A program made the translations under genes and the position numbers. Source: a bacterium (GTDB lineage: Bacteria > Bacteroidota > Bacteroidia > Bacteroidales > Marinilabiliaceae). From it: a stretch of 64,000 nt of DNA. The DNA is taken from the NCBI GenBank assembly GCA_963658925.1, contig CAVKRQ010000002.1:80017-144016 (forward strand). Reading direction: 5' to 3'. This document shows positions 17,727 to 27,346 of this stretch, in pieces (positions within the stretch are counted from its first letter, which is position 1; each line of letters opens with the position of its first letter). The notes below the pieces were generated by a model. That model searched no databases and was not told where the DNA came from. It saw only the letters and a program-made list of their open reading frames with translations.

Positions 17727-18968
17727 GTGAACCAGCAATTCATATCAGTCAAAAAGGCCTTGCGCTCCATGCTCCATGTGACGCCCGCTCAGACCGCCTC
17801 TTTTCTCCTCGCTCTGTCTGACGCCCTTGAGGCCAATGTCCAGAATATAGTGGCGGCCAACGCTCTCGATCTCGAGAAAATTGACCCGTCAGACTATCGC
17901 TATGACCGCCTGAGGCTCGATGCCAAGCGCATTGCCGGCATTGCTGCCGACACGCGGAATGTGGCGTCGCTGCCTGCGCCATGTGGCGAGGTTATTGATG
18001 AGGTTGTCCGCCCCAATGGGTTGCGGATAAGCCGTGTGCGTGTGCCAATGGGGGTCATCGGCGTCATTTATGAGGCGCGCCCAAACGTGACTATTGATGT
18101 CGTCTCAATCGGGCTGAGGTCTGGCAACGCTGTCGTCCTCAAAGGCGGACGAGACGCGCACGAGAGCAATGTGGCGCTCGTGACCGTGGTTCATGATGTC
18201 CTTCGTGCCCAGGGGCTCGACCCCGATCTCGTTCAGCTGCTGCCCGACGGCCACGACTCGGCCAACGAGCTGATGAACGCTGTCGGCTATGTCGACCTGC
18301 TTATCCCGCGCGGCTCCAAACGACTCATTGACAGCGTGAGGCAAAACGCTCGCATCCCTGTCATTGAGACGGGCGCCAGTGTAGTGCACACGTATTTCGA
18401 CAAGGCCGCCGACCTCGAGAAGGGTAAGGCTGTCATCTGTAATGCCAAAACAAGGAGAGTCTCCGTCTGCAATGCGCTCGATTGCGTTCTCGTCCATCAA
18501 GACCGTTTGGCCGACCTTCCTGCCCTCTGTGCCCCGCTCGCCGAGAAAAAAGTTGAGATACACGCCGATGCCGCGGCCTTTAGGGCACTCAAGGATTCTT
18601 ACCCCGGCAATCTGCTCGTCCCTATCTCCCCGGACGACTACGGATGTGAATACCTCGCCCTCAAACTGGCTGTGATGACAGTCCCGAGCATCGACGCCGC
18701 GCTCCAGCACATCTACGATTACAGCCTCAAACACTCCGAGGCCATTGTGACTGAGGACCCAGTGGCCGCCGAACGCTTCCTGAACGAGGTCGACGCCGCT
18801 TGCGTCTATGTCAACGCGAGCACCGCATTCACAGACGGCGCTCAATTCGGATTGGGGGCTGAGATAGGCATCAGCACTCAGAAAATGCATGCACGTGGAC
18901 CCATGGGGCTTCGTGAACTGACCTCCTACAAATGGCTCGTACGCGGCGACGGCCAGATACGCGAATAG
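17727..18968 (+). CDS. proA: Glutamate-5-semialdehyde dehydrogenase
   Basis: 413 aa. GVIGVIYEARPNVT, VVLKGGRDA, CNALDCVLVH and YVNASTAFTDG. GTG start; the N-terminal helix aligns upstream of the first ATG. Confidence 0.92.
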   Translation: MNQQFISVKKALRSMLHVTPAQTASFLLALSDALEANVQNIVAANALDLEKIDPSDYRYDRLRLDAKRIAGIAADTRNVASLPAPCGEVIDEVVRPNGLRISRVRVPMGVIGVIYEARPNVTIDVVSIGLRSGNAVVLKGGRDAHESNVALVTVVHDVLRAQGLDPDLVQLLPDGHDSANELMNAVGYVDLLIPRGSKRLIDSVRQNARIPVIETGASVVHTYFDKAADLEKGKAVICNAKTRRVSVCNALDCVLVHQDRLADLPALCAPLAEKKVEIHADAAAFRALKDSYPGNLLVPISPDDYGCEYLALKLAVMTVPSIDAALQHIYDYSLKHSEAIVTEDPVAAERFLNEVDAACVYVNASTAFTDGAQFGLGAEIGISTQKMHARGPMGLRELTSYKWLVRGDGQIRE

Positions 18969-19101
18969 CAATTATTAACACAACGCTATTGAGACTTTTT
19001 TCTATATTCGCATTCCCGAAGCAATTCAACACATAGGTCGCCAAATGATAAAAAAATATGTCATTTCACGCCACTTTATTGCTGTTTGAATTGTTTTTGC
19101 C

Positions 19102-19109
19102 TATATTTG
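19102..19109 (+). promoter_or_regulatory. Candidate -7 box (TATATTTG) upstream of the bactofilin/ATP synthase operon
   Basis: Matches TAnnTTTG, 53 nt upstream of the ATG at 19162. Confidence 0.3.
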
Positions 19110-19161
19110 TTAGGGCAAAAGAGGGGTGTCGTAAGACTCCTCTCCGAATAAAACCTTTGAA

Positions 19162-19560
19162 ATGGCTTTAGGAATGAGTAAGAATTTCGAGACCGAGAAC
19201 AGGCTGCCTAACATCATAGGCAATGGCACTAAGTTCGTCGGCGATATCGAGACAAATGGCGACCTCCGCGTCGATGGCGTCATTGAGGGAAATGTCAGGT
19301 CACAGGGCAAGTTCGTCCTTGGCGGCAGCGGCTCTGTGAAAGGCAACATCAAATGCGCCAGCGCCGAAATCTCTGGCTCGTTCGAGGGCAAGATGGAGGT
19401 CTCTGAGCTCCTCTCTCTCAAGGCCTCGTCCTATTTCAAAGGCGAGATGCATGTCAACAAACTCAGTATCGAGCCAGGCGCCAAGTTTATAGGCTCATGC
19501 GTCATGGCTGACAAGGGCGGACAGCCGTCCGCCACTCCTGCGGCGGCTGATAAAAAGTAA
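19162..19560 (+). CDS. Bactofilin (polymer-forming cytoskeletal protein)
   Basis: 132 aa. Repetitive beta-helix pattern: GDIETNGDLRVDGVIEGNVRSQGKFVLGGSGSVKGNIKCASAEISGSFEGKMEV. Confidence 0.85.
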   Translation: MALGMSKNFETENRLPNIIGNGTKFVGDIETNGDLRVDGVIEGNVRSQGKFVLGGSGSVKGNIKCASAEISGSFEGKMEVSELLSLKASSYFKGEMHVNKLSIEPGAKFIGSCVMADKGGQPSATPAAADKK

Positions 19561-19578
19561 ACGCTCGAAGTCTTTCTC

Positions 19579-19944
19579 ATGCTGCCCCGCAAGGTCGCCC
19601 TCTCCGCTTTCGTCGGAGCCGCCCTTTTGGGAGCGAATGCCGTGGCGGTCAGCCTCGGTTTTGCGTCACTTCCTCTCCTTCTGTCCTCCATTGCGATGGT
19701 TGCTGCCGAGGGCTTTAAGGTAGTGTACGCTGTTCGGAGGTTCCGTTGCGCAATCGATGGCAATGTCATGACGCCACTGATGGTGGCTGAGGGTGTCTCT
19801 CTCGTAGCCGATGGACTGGCGGTCGCTTTGGCTATCCATGCTGACTCTGCGAATGTCAGTGCGGTGTCATTCATCTTGTGCGCCGATTTCTTCATCGTGA
19901 GAATTGCTGGCTGGGGCGCCATCTCGCACTTCTTTTGGAAATAG
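19579..19944 (+). CDS. Small polytopic membrane protein, possible ATP synthase accessory (AtpI/AtpZ-like position)
   Basis: 121 aa with about four hydrophobic segments. It sits directly upstream of atpB. No diagnostic motif was recognised. Confidence 0.5.
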   Translation: MLPRKVALSAFVGAALLGANAVAVSLGFASLPLLLSSIAMVAAEGFKVVYAVRRFRCAIDGNVMTPLMVAEGVSLVADGLAVALAIHADSANVSAVSFILCADFFIVRIAGWGAISHFFWK

Positions 19945-19990
19945 AAAATCAACACAGACAGACAACATACAAGATTGAAAAATATTTTCT

Positions 19991-21058
19991 ATGTCTAAAT
20001 TCTTAGCTACTATATGCTTGGCTCTCGCCACGCTCTTCACGCCAGCAATGGCGCAAGATGAGAAGTCCGCCACGCCCGTCGAGACTTCCGAGACCGCGGC
20101 TCCCGCAGCCGAGGAGGAGGGCGTCAATGTGATAGAGGTTATCAGCCACCACATTAGCGACTCGCACCATTGGAACGTGTTCGCATGGGCTGGTGGCGAG
20201 AAGTCCATCGACATCCCTCTCCCGGTAATGGCCTACAACAAGGATAATGGCGATTTCCTCTTCTGCCTCTCCTCCTCCGTCGGTGAGAATGGTGTCGAGA
20301 AGAATGGCGTGACCTACACTTTCAATGAGCACGACAAGCTCTGCGCCAATGGCTCTCGCGACGCTGTCTTCGATTTCTCACTCACCCGAAATGTGGCGTC
20401 CGGCATAATGAGCTGCATCCTGCTCCTTCTCGTCTTCGGTGGCGCCGCCCGCTCCATACGTAAGTCCGGTGGTGTCCCCCATGGCGCGGCCAATGCTGCA
20501 GAATATCTCGTCACATTCGTCAAGGATATCGCCGACGAGCAGATCGGCAAGGCCAAGAGTGCCAAGTTCACTCCATTCCTTCTCACTCTTTTCTTTTTCA
20601 TCTGGTTCAACAACCTCATTGGCCTCATCCCGTTCTTCCCCGGGTCTACCAACCTCTCCGGCAACATCGCTTTCACGGCCATCTTGGCTGTGTTCACTTT
20701 CATCGTGACTCATTTCAGCGCCAATAAGCATTACTGGATTCACACTTTCACCGTCCCCGGCGTGCCCTTGCTCATGAAGGTCATCATGGTGCCTCTTGAG
20801 ATTATTACGATGTTCACGCGCCCCTTCACGCTGCTCATCCGTCTCTTTGCCAACATTACCGGTGGACACATCATCGTCATCAGCCTTTTCGCCCTCATCT
20901 TCATGCTCCAGACGCTCTGCATTGCGCCCGTCTCGGTGCTCCTGGGCATAATGGTCTTCTGCCTTGAGCTCATCTTCGGTGCTCTGCAGGCGTATATCTT
21001 CACTGTCCTGTCCGCTCTCTACATCAGCCTCGCTGTCAATGCGGGTCATGACGAGTAG
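19991..21058 (+). CDS. atpB: Fo ATP synthase subunit a
   Basis: 355 aa. Essential-Arg region LLIRLFANITGGH, and a Bacteroidota-type long N-terminal extension with a signal-like start. Confidence 0.93.
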   Translation: MSKFLATICLALATLFTPAMAQDEKSATPVETSETAAPAAEEEGVNVIEVISHHISDSHHWNVFAWAGGEKSIDIPLPVMAYNKDNGDFLFCLSSSVGENGVEKNGVTYTFNEHDKLCANGSRDAVFDFSLTRNVASGIMSCILLLLVFGGAARSIRKSGGVPHGAANAAEYLVTFVKDIADEQIGKAKSAKFTPFLLTLFFFIWFNNLIGLIPFFPGSTNLSGNIAFTAILAVFTFIVTHFSANKHYWIHTFTVPGVPLLMKVIMVPLEIITMFTRPFTLLIRLFANITGGHIIVISLFALIFMLQTLCIAPVSVLLGIMVFCLELIFGALQAYIFTVLSALYISLAVNAGHDE

Positions 21059-21142
21059 GCTCAGCCAAGTGAGGGCCTCTGAACAAGCAATCTGAACAAG
21101 TAAAATCAAATAACAACAACAACAATCTAAAATTCGATTATT

Positions 21143-21346
21143 ATGACTGGAACTTTGATCGCAGTCGGTCTTGGACTGATCGTTATTGGTATCGGTATCG
21201 GCATCGGCCTTGTTGGCGGCAAGGCAGTCGACGCAATGGCTCGCCAGCCGGAGATGGCAGGCAAGATCCAGAGCGCCATGCTCATCGCGGCTGGTATGGT
21301 CGAGGGTGCAGGCCTCTTCGCTATCGTCATCGCTTTCATCTCGTAA
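21143..21346 (+). CDS. atpE: Fo ATP synthase subunit c
   Basis: 67 aa. ARQPE loop and MVEGAGLFAIVIAF, which carries the carboxylate-bearing helix 2. Confidence 0.93.
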   Translation: MTGTLIAVGLGLIVIGIGIGIGLVGGKAVDAMARQPEMAGKIQSAMLIAAGMVEGAGLFAIVIAFIS

Positions 21347-21371
21347 GTGAGACCAACCAATCCGAATCACT

Positions 21372-21869
21372 ATGGATGGCCTTCTTAATCCAGAACCCGG
21401 ACTTGTCATCTGGTCCGGTCTGACCTTCCTGGTGGTCCTGGCTCTGCTCACCAAGTTCGCTTGGAAACCTATCCTCGGCATGCTCAAGGAGCGTGAGGAC
21501 GAGATTTCATCCTCGCTCGCCAAAGCCAAGGAAGCCCAGCAGGAGTACGAGCGCATCGAGGCTCAAAAGGCACAGATGCAGGCTGAAACCCGTGCTGAGC
21601 GTGACGCCATAATCAAGGAGGCGCGAGAGAAAGTCCAGCAAATGCTGGATGAGGCCCGCAAGACCTCTCAAGAGGAAGGCGACAAGATTATTGAGCAGGC
21701 ACGAGCCCAGATCGAAAGGGAGAAAGCCGGCGCCATCGACGACCTCAAGCGTCAGGTGGCCGCGCTCTCTGTCCAAATCGCCGGCAAGCTCATCGAGAGC
21801 GACCTCCAAAGCGGCGACCGTCAGGAGCAACTTATCGAAAAGTACCTTCAGGAGAGCAACTTTAATTAA
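21372..21869 (+). CDS. atpF: Fo ATP synthase subunit b
   Basis: 165 aa. One N-terminal TM helix followed by a long charged helix, in the expected operon position. Confidence 0.9.
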   Translation: MDGLLNPEPGLVIWSGLTFLVVLALLTKFAWKPILGMLKEREDEISSSLAKAKEAQQEYERIEAQKAQMQAETRAERDAIIKEAREKVQQMLDEARKTSQEEGDKIIEQARAQIEREKAGAIDDLKRQVAALSVQIAGKLIESDLQSGDRQEQLIEKYLQESNFN

Positions 21870-21878
21870 TCGAGCCAG

Positions 21879-22433
21879 ATGGACGCAGGACTGATTGCAA
21901 GGCGCTACGCCACCGTATTGCGCGACTTCGCCGCCGACCGCGGCAAGATTGACGACGTCTATGCCGACGCCGCCCTCGTGCGTGAGGCCTTGGCGCAACA
22001 GCCGGCAGCTCAGCGGTTCTTCGATTCGCCCCTCCACAAGCCCTCTGAAAAGAAGGCTCTCATCGAGGCGACGTTTCAGGGCCGCGTTTCAGCCGAGACC
22101 CTCCAATTTCTCGTCTTCCTTGTCGAGAAAGAGCGTATCGGCTATGTCAGCTCCATCCTCCTCGTCTTCGAGATGCTCTACAAGAAAGAGCATGACATCT
22201 GCACTGCAACGGTCACGACAGCCAAGGAGCTGACCCCGGACCAGCAGCAGCATTTCGTCTCGCTCATCTCCGGAAAGCTCAGTGGCGCAGGCCGAAATGT
22301 TACGGCTGTCGATGCCACTTTCAAGGTCGACCCCGCTATCATCGGCGGCGTTATCCTCGCCGTCGACGGCAAGCAGTTGGACGACTCCGTGCAGAGCAAG
22401 CTCAAGGCTCTCGAGAGGCAGCTGACGGTATGA
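21879..22433 (+). CDS. atpH: F1 ATP synthase delta subunit (OSCP)
   Basis: 184 aa. Starts RYATVLRDFA, ends IGGVILAVDGKQLDDSVQSKL. Lies between atpF and atpA. Confidence 0.88.
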   Translation: MDAGLIARRYATVLRDFAADRGKIDDVYADAALVREALAQQPAAQRFFDSPLHKPSEKKALIEATFQGRVSAETLQFLVFLVEKERIGYVSSILLVFEMLYKKEHDICTATVTTAKELTPDQQQHFVSLISGKLSGAGRNVTAVDATFKVDPAIIGGVILAVDGKQLDDSVQSKLKALERQLTV

Positions 22434-22461
22434 TTTCTTTTTATTCTAACGACTACAGCGA

Positions 22462-24039
22462 ATGGAAAAAATAAAAGCCTCGGAGGTGTCGAGCCTCCTC
22501 AAGCAGCAGCTTGAAAAGTTCGACGCTTCCTCGAAGCTGGAAGAGGTGGGCACCGTTCTCACCGTCGGCGACGGCATCGCCACGGCGTTCGGTCTGGCCA
22601 ACGTCGAGAGCAATGAGCTCGTCGAGGTCGGCAAGGCCATGGGTGTGGTCCTCAACCTCGACCAGGACAGCGTCGGCATCGTGCTCATGAGCAACGCCGA
22701 CGAGGTCAAGGAGGGCGACACGGTGAAGCGAACCGGGCGCATCGCTTCTATCCGCGTGGGCGACGAGATGGTCGGCCGCGTGGTCAACACGCTCGGCGAG
22801 CCCATCGATGGCAAGGGCTCCATTGGCGGCAAGCTCTATGAGATGCCGCTGGAGCGCAAAGCTCCTCAGGTGCTCTTCCGCCAGCCGGTCAAACGACCCC
22901 TCCAAACCGGTATCAAGGCTATCGACTCCATGATTCCTATCGGACGTGGACAGCGTGAGCTTATCATCGGCGACCGCCAGACTGGTAAGACCGCTATCGC
23001 CATCGATACCATCCTCAACCAGAAGAGTTTCTACGATGCGGGTGAGCCTGTATATTGCATCTATGTGGCGACTGGCCAGAAGGCCTCTACCGTCGCGCAG
23101 ATTGTGTCAACGCTCGAGAAGCACGGTGCGATGGCTTACACCATTGTCGTCTCTGCGACAGCTGCTGACACCCCTGCCATGCAGTATTTCTCACCCCTCG
23201 CAGGCGCCGCCATCGGCGAGTACTTCCGCGACTCTGGCCGACATGCGCTCATCGTCTATGACGACCTCTCAAAGCAGGCTGTCTCTTACCGTGAGGTGAG
23301 CCTCTTGCTCCGTCGTCCACCTGGACGTGAGGCCTACCCTGGCGATGTGTTCTACCTCCACTCCCGTCTCTTGGAGCGCGCCGCTAAGATTGTCGAGAAT
23401 GACGAGCTCGCGGCTAAGATGAACGACCTCCCTGAGGATATCAAGCCTATCGTCAAGGGTGGCGGCTCTCTCACCGCTCTCCCAATCATCGAGACGCAGG
23501 CTGGTGACGTCGCAGCTTATATCCCGACTAATGTCATCTCTATCACCGACGGCCAGATTTATCTGGAGAGTAACCTCTTCAACGCCGGTGTACGCCCTGC
23601 TATCAACGTCGGTATCTCCGTATCCCGTGTAGGTGGCTCCGCGCAAATCAAGAGTATGAAGAAGGTGGCGGGCACCCTCAAGCTCGATCAGGCTCAGTTC
23701 CGCGAGCTCGAGGCTTTCTCTAAGTTCGGCTCTGACCTCGACCCCGCCACCATGGCGGTTCTCGACAAGGGACGTAAGAACGTTGAGATTCTTAAGCAGC
23801 CTCTCCACACTCCATACACAGTCGAGAAGCAAATCGCTATCATCTATTGCGGTACCAATGGCCTGCTCCGTGACGTTCCCCGCGAGAAGGTCCAGGAGTT
23901 CGAGGACGAGTTCCTCGGCGAGATGGAGGTCAACCACAAGGATGTGCTCAACACTCTCGCTGCCGGAAAGATTGACGACAACGTAACCGCCGTCCTTCGC
24001 TCTACAGCCGCTGAGGTCAGCAAGCGTTTCGCTGTTTAA
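22462..24039 (+). CDS. atpA: F1 ATP synthase alpha subunit
   Basis: 525 aa. Walker A GDRQTGKT, plus [46 protein letters not shown]. Confidence 0.98.
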   Translation: MEKIKASEVSSLLKQQLEKFDASSKLEEVGTVLTVGDGIATAFGLANVESNELVEVGKAMGVVLNLDQDSVGIVLMSNADEVKEGDTVKRTGRIASIRVGDEMVGRVVNTLGEPIDGKGSIGGKLYEMPLERKAPQVLFRQPVKRPLQTGIKAIDSMIPIGRGQRELIIGDRQTGKTAIAIDTILNQKSFYDAGEPVYCIYVATGQKASTVAQIVSTLEKHGAMAYTIVVSATAADTPAMQYFSPLAGAAIGEYFRDSGRHALIVYDDLSKQAVSYREVSLLLRRPPGREAYPGDVFYLHSRLLERAAKIVENDELAAKMNDLPEDIKPIVKGGGSLTALPIIETQAGDVAAYIPTNVISITDGQIYLESNLFNAGVRPAINVGISVSRVGGSAQIKSMKKVAGTLKLDQAQFRELEAFSKFGSDLDPATMAVLDKGRKNVEILKQPLHTPYTVEKQIAIIYCGTNGLLRDVPREKVQEFEDEFLGEMEVNHKDVLNTLAAGKIDDNVTAVLRSTAAEVSKRFAV

Positions 24040-24057
24040 TGATCGGAGGGCAGGCTG

Positions 24058-24951
24058 ATGGCAAATCTTAAAGACATCCGTAACCGAATTCATTCGGTCT
24101 CCTCGACAATGCAGGTGACGAGCGCCATGAAAATGGTCTCCGCCGCCAAGTTCAAGAAGGCTCAGAATGAAGTAGCCAAGGTTAGGCCTTTCGAGGCCAA
24201 GCTTGCGCAGATTATCGCGTTCCTCGGCTCGTCGGTGCCCAACGTCGAGCTCAACTATCCCGCTTTCCGCGCTAACACCAAGGGCGGCAAGATTCTTCTC
24301 GTGGCTATAGCCTCTGACAAGGGTCTCGCCGGCGCTTTCAACTCAAACGTGGTCAAGGAGGTCGAGAGACTTCTGAACAACGATTTGAGCAAGGAGGCTG
24401 AGCAGGGGCTGGTTGAGGTCCTCACCATCGGCAAGCAAGCCGCCAAAGGTGTCAAGTCAAGGCACGTCTCCGCTTCAGCCCGTAACGTTGAGGGATTCTA
24501 CGACAATTTCGGCCTCGCCAAGGTCTATGATGTCGCTGACGACCTCACAAAGCGTTTTGAGGCTAAGGAATACAGCAAGGTGATTCTCATCTACAACGAG
24601 TTTGTCAACGCTGCCGTGCAGAATGTGCGAAGCGCGCAACTCTTGCCCCTTGAAATCGCCACGGGTGACGAGAATGGATCCTCGGCTCTTCAGGACTTTA
24701 TTGTCGAGCCAAGCAAGGAGGAGGTCCTCGCTGATCTCATCCCGCAGTCCATCAGGACGCGCCTACTCTCTGTCATCAAAGAGTCGCTCGCCTCTGAGCA
24801 TGGCGCCCGAATGACTTCCATGCAAAAGGCTACAGACAATGCGTCTGAACTGCTCGGCGAACTCGAGCTTCAATACAACAAGGCCCGCCAGAGTGCCATC
24901 ACTAACGAGCTCATTGAGATTGTCAGTGGAGCCTCTGCTCTCAACGGGTAG
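24058..24951 (+). CDS. atpG: F1 ATP synthase gamma subunit
   Basis: 297 aa. MANLKDIRNRIHSVSSTMQVTSAMKMVSAAKF at the N-terminus and ITNELIEIVSGA at the C-terminus. Confidence 0.95.
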   Translation: MANLKDIRNRIHSVSSTMQVTSAMKMVSAAKFKKAQNEVAKVRPFEAKLAQIIAFLGSSVPNVELNYPAFRANTKGGKILLVAIASDKGLAGAFNSNVVKEVERLLNNDLSKEAEQGLVEVLTIGKQAAKGVKSRHVSASARNVEGFYDNFGLAKVYDVADDLTKRFEAKEYSKVILIYNEFVNAAVQNVRSAQLLPLEIATGDENGSSALQDFIVEPSKEEVLADLIPQSIRTRLLSVIKESLASEHGARMTSMQKATDNASELLGELELQYNKARQSAITNELIEIVSGASALNG

Positions 24952-24981
24952 TCCCCGAGGGCTTTTGCTCGTACAAATATC

Positions 24982-25016
24982 GGCCTCCGCATTCTTTTAT
25001 GCGGAGGCCTTTTTTT
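24982..25016 (+). terminator. Rho-independent terminator of the atp operon
   Basis: Perfect 9-bp stem GGCCTCCGC / GCGGAGGCC, 10-nt loop, followed by T7. Confidence 0.8.
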
Positions 25017-25023
25017 ACTTCGC

Positions 25024-25054
25024 TTTGTTTTCGTTCCAATTGTTTTTAAATTTG
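25024..25054 (+). promoter_or_regulatory. Candidate Bacteroidota promoter (TTTG-N19-TAAATTTG) for the S24 repressor gene
   Basis: TTTG at 25024-25027 and TAAATTTG at 25047-25054, with a 19-nt spacer. The ATG is 31 nt downstream. Confidence 0.4.
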
Positions 25055-25084
25055 CATTTTGAATTTCGCTAAATTGATTTCAAG

Positions 25085-25816
25085 ATGAACGAAGAGCAAG
25101 AGACGTCATCCCTCCGAGACGCTATCAACAAGCGCTTTTGTGAAGCCGTTAATTTTCTTATTGATAACCGAAAGGCGCGGAATAAAAACGAGGTCATGGC
25201 AAGCCTCGGGCTTTACCTTGGCCGTTTGTCCCTCATTCTCGGCGGACGCGCCAACGCGTCAACGGACAATGTCGCGCTCTTGTCACAATGCTATGGCGTC
25301 TCCACTGAATGGATTCTTCTCGGTCAAGGCCCCATGATGAAAAGTGTGGATGCCGTGCCTTCCCAAAGACCCGAGGCTAAAAGAGCCGCAACGCCCGTGC
25401 AGCAGCGTTTTGCCGGATGTCTGCCCCTTATCCCCATTACCGCGCTCGCCGGTTTCAATGGCATCGATGAGCCGGGTGTACGCCTTGAGGATTGCCAGCA
25501 CTATCTGGTCCCGGAGTTCGCCCAGTCGGGCGCTGATTTCCTCATACGCATTCAGGGCTCTTCTATGACTCCGACTTTCCTCAGCGGTGACCTTGTGGCT
25601 TGTCGCAAGCTTGAGCCGAACTCTTGGGTGGACTACGGTGAGGCCTATGTCATCGATGGTCAACAGGGTGTCATGATTAAACGGGTTTTCCTTGATCCTG
25701 CCAATCAGGAAAAGATAATCTGTCGGTCGGATAATCCGGATGTGCCTGAATTCTCGATTACTAAACAGGAAATTCGCAGTCTCGCCAAGGTCATTGGTGT
25801 TGTTCGTGCCGTCTAA
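25085..25816 (+). CDS. XRE-type HTH + S24 peptidase repressor (lambda CI / LexA-like)
   Basis: 243 aa. N-terminal HTH ending ...VSTEWILLGQGPMM. The C-terminal S24 domain has the catalytic Ser context IQGSSMTPTF and the Lys context GVMIKRV. Confidence 0.85.
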   Translation: MNEEQETSSLRDAINKRFCEAVNFLIDNRKARNKNEVMASLGLYLGRLSLILGGRANASTDNVALLSQCYGVSTEWILLGQGPMMKSVDAVPSQRPEAKRAATPVQQRFAGCLPLIPITALAGFNGIDEPGVRLEDCQHYLVPEFAQSGADFLIRIQGSSMTPTFLSGDLVACRKLEPNSWVDYGEAYVIDGQQGVMIKRVFLDPANQEKIICRSDNPDVPEFSITKQEIRSLAKVIGVVRAV

Positions 25817-25907
25817 AACTGACTTTCCCTCCCACCTTTTGCATAGTTGAGCCGTTCCCTCTGTCTTCAAAGTCAAGGGGCTACTTCCTTACAGTCAATA
25901 TTCCTTT

Positions 25908-27245
25908 ATGCTTTTTTCTGGCAATAACGCCACATATTCCGGCCTCGGCAAATGCGTTGCACCTCTGCTCAGGCTGGCTGCGCCTGTCGTGGCCTCTCAG
26001 GCCAGCGCGCTTCTTGTCAATCTCGCTGACACTTTCATGGTCGGCCGTCTCGGTGAGGTCGAGCTGGCGGCTGTCGCTTTTTCTGGAAATTTGTCCGTGC
26101 CGTTCATGTTTTTCGGCATCGGCATAGGCGCTGCCATGACGCCTCTTGTCGGCCGACGTTTTGGCCGTGGTGATCTCTCTTCAATTGGCAGCCTTGTCTC
26201 TCACGCCCGCTCTCTCCACTGGCGCATCGCATTCTTCCAAGTGGTAATGCTATCCCTGCTCGCCGTTCTCATGCCATATATGGGTCAGCCGGCCGAGGTC
26301 GTCGAAATAGCTCAGCTCTACCTCGTCATTTACGCTGCCTCCATGCTCGGCCAGCAGATGTTCGTATGCTCGCGTACAATTATTGAGGGCTTGCAAGATA
26401 CGGCATCGCCAATGATTATCGGCCTTGTCGCCAATATTCTCAATATTGTCCTCAATTATGTCTTTATCTTCGGGGTGGGGGGCTTCGAGGGCTATGGACC
26501 CTATGGCGCCGCCATCAGTACGTTGATTGCGCGAATGCTTATGTGGGCTGCTATGGAGGTCGTCCTGCGGAAGAGGCTTAGAGGTATGGGTGTCACCCCG
26601 CGTCGGGCAAGGAGGGGGCTTACCCGCAAACTGTTTTTCACGGGGCTTCCTGTCGGAATGCAAACTGTCATTGAGTGTTTTGGCTTTGCCTTCGGCGGCA
26701 TCATGATGGGATGGATCAGCACGGCGGCGATTGCGGCTCATCAGGTCGTCAATCTTTTCACAAGTACTACTTTCCTAATGGCAAGCGGCGTAGGCACCGC
26801 TGTCACCATCAAGGTCTCTATTTATATTGGTGCCGGCAATCTGACGCTCGCACGCCGTTATGCTGTCACCGGACTGCTTTTCGCCGGCGCGTTTATGACT
26901 TTCACGGGTGTCATGCTTGTCCTTGTGCGGAATTTCTTGCCAGGCTGCGTCATTGACAGCCCCGACGCTCTCGCCATTGCTGCCAACCTGATGGTGGCTG
27001 GCGCTGTGTTCCAGATTTTCGACGGGTTGCAGGCAACTTCCATTGCGGCCCTGCGCGGCTTCGGTGACTATACCTATCCCGCCAAGGTCGCCACGATAGC
27101 CTACGCCGCAACGTGCGTGCCTGTCGGTTTCATCTGCGCTTTTGTTGTCGGCCTTGGCCCTGTCGGTGTCTGGTGTGGCTTCGTGGCTGGCTTGTCTCTC
27201 GCTACTTTCCTTCTCATTCCGCGTCTTCGCAGGAGGTACTTGTAG
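25908..27245 (+). CDS. MATE family efflux transporter
   Basis: 445 aa with 12 predicted hydrophobic spans in two homologous halves. Motifs typical of MatE repeats: PVVASQASALLVNLADTFMVGRLG and the second-half GLPVGMQ. Confidence 0.88.
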   Translation: MLFSGNNATYSGLGKCVAPLLRLAAPVVASQASALLVNLADTFMVGRLGEVELAAVAFSGNLSVPFMFFGIGIGAAMTPLVGRRFGRGDLSSIGSLVSHARSLHWRIAFFQVVMLSLLAVLMPYMGQPAEVVEIAQLYLVIYAASMLGQQMFVCSRTIIEGLQDTASPMIIGLVANILNIVLNYVFIFGVGGFEGYGPYGAAISTLIARMLMWAAMEVVLRKRLRGMGVTPRRARRGLTRKLFFTGLPVGMQTVIECFGFAFGGIMMGWISTAAIAAHQVVNLFTSTTFLMASGVGTAVTIKVSIYIGAGNLTLARRYAVTGLLFAGAFMTFTGVMLVLVRNFLPGCVIDSPDALAIAANLMVAGAVFQIFDGLQATSIAALRGFGDYTYPAKVATIAYAATCVPVGFICAFVVGLGPVGVWCGFVAGLSLATFLLIPRLRRRYL

Positions 27246-27346
27246 GCAAAAGATGCCTGTTCGTTGACTATCCGCGCCCGAACGTCTAACGCGTCGGGCT
27301 TTGAGGATGGTTTATTCTGTGGAATTAGTTATCTTCGCAGAGCATT

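Noticed and set aside
20378-21556. 392-aa antisense ORF spanning atpB, atpE and atpF. Similar long antisense ORFs occur at 50101-51282 (393 aa), 9588-10565 (325 aa), 18105-18971 (288 aa), 35951-36805 (284 aa), 35042-35824 (260 aa), 23269-24093 (274 aa), 13344-14105 (253 aa), 15725-16450 (241 aa), 5920-6525 and 6401-7066.
   Set aside because: Each lies opposite a gene with unmistakable family motifs (ATP synthase subunits, M23 peptidase, ABC ATPase, ProA, IF-2, NusA, pectate lyase, ProC, TsaC, DapD). Their translations are low-complexity or Arg/Gly/Asp-rich with no motifs. They are the shadow frames expected in GC-rich coding DNA.
25817-25907. An independent promoter or terminator between the S24 repressor gene and the MATE gene.
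   Set aside because: No hairpin plus T-run and no TAnnTTTG box were found in the 91-nt spacer. The pair is therefore treated as a likely operon (see findings).
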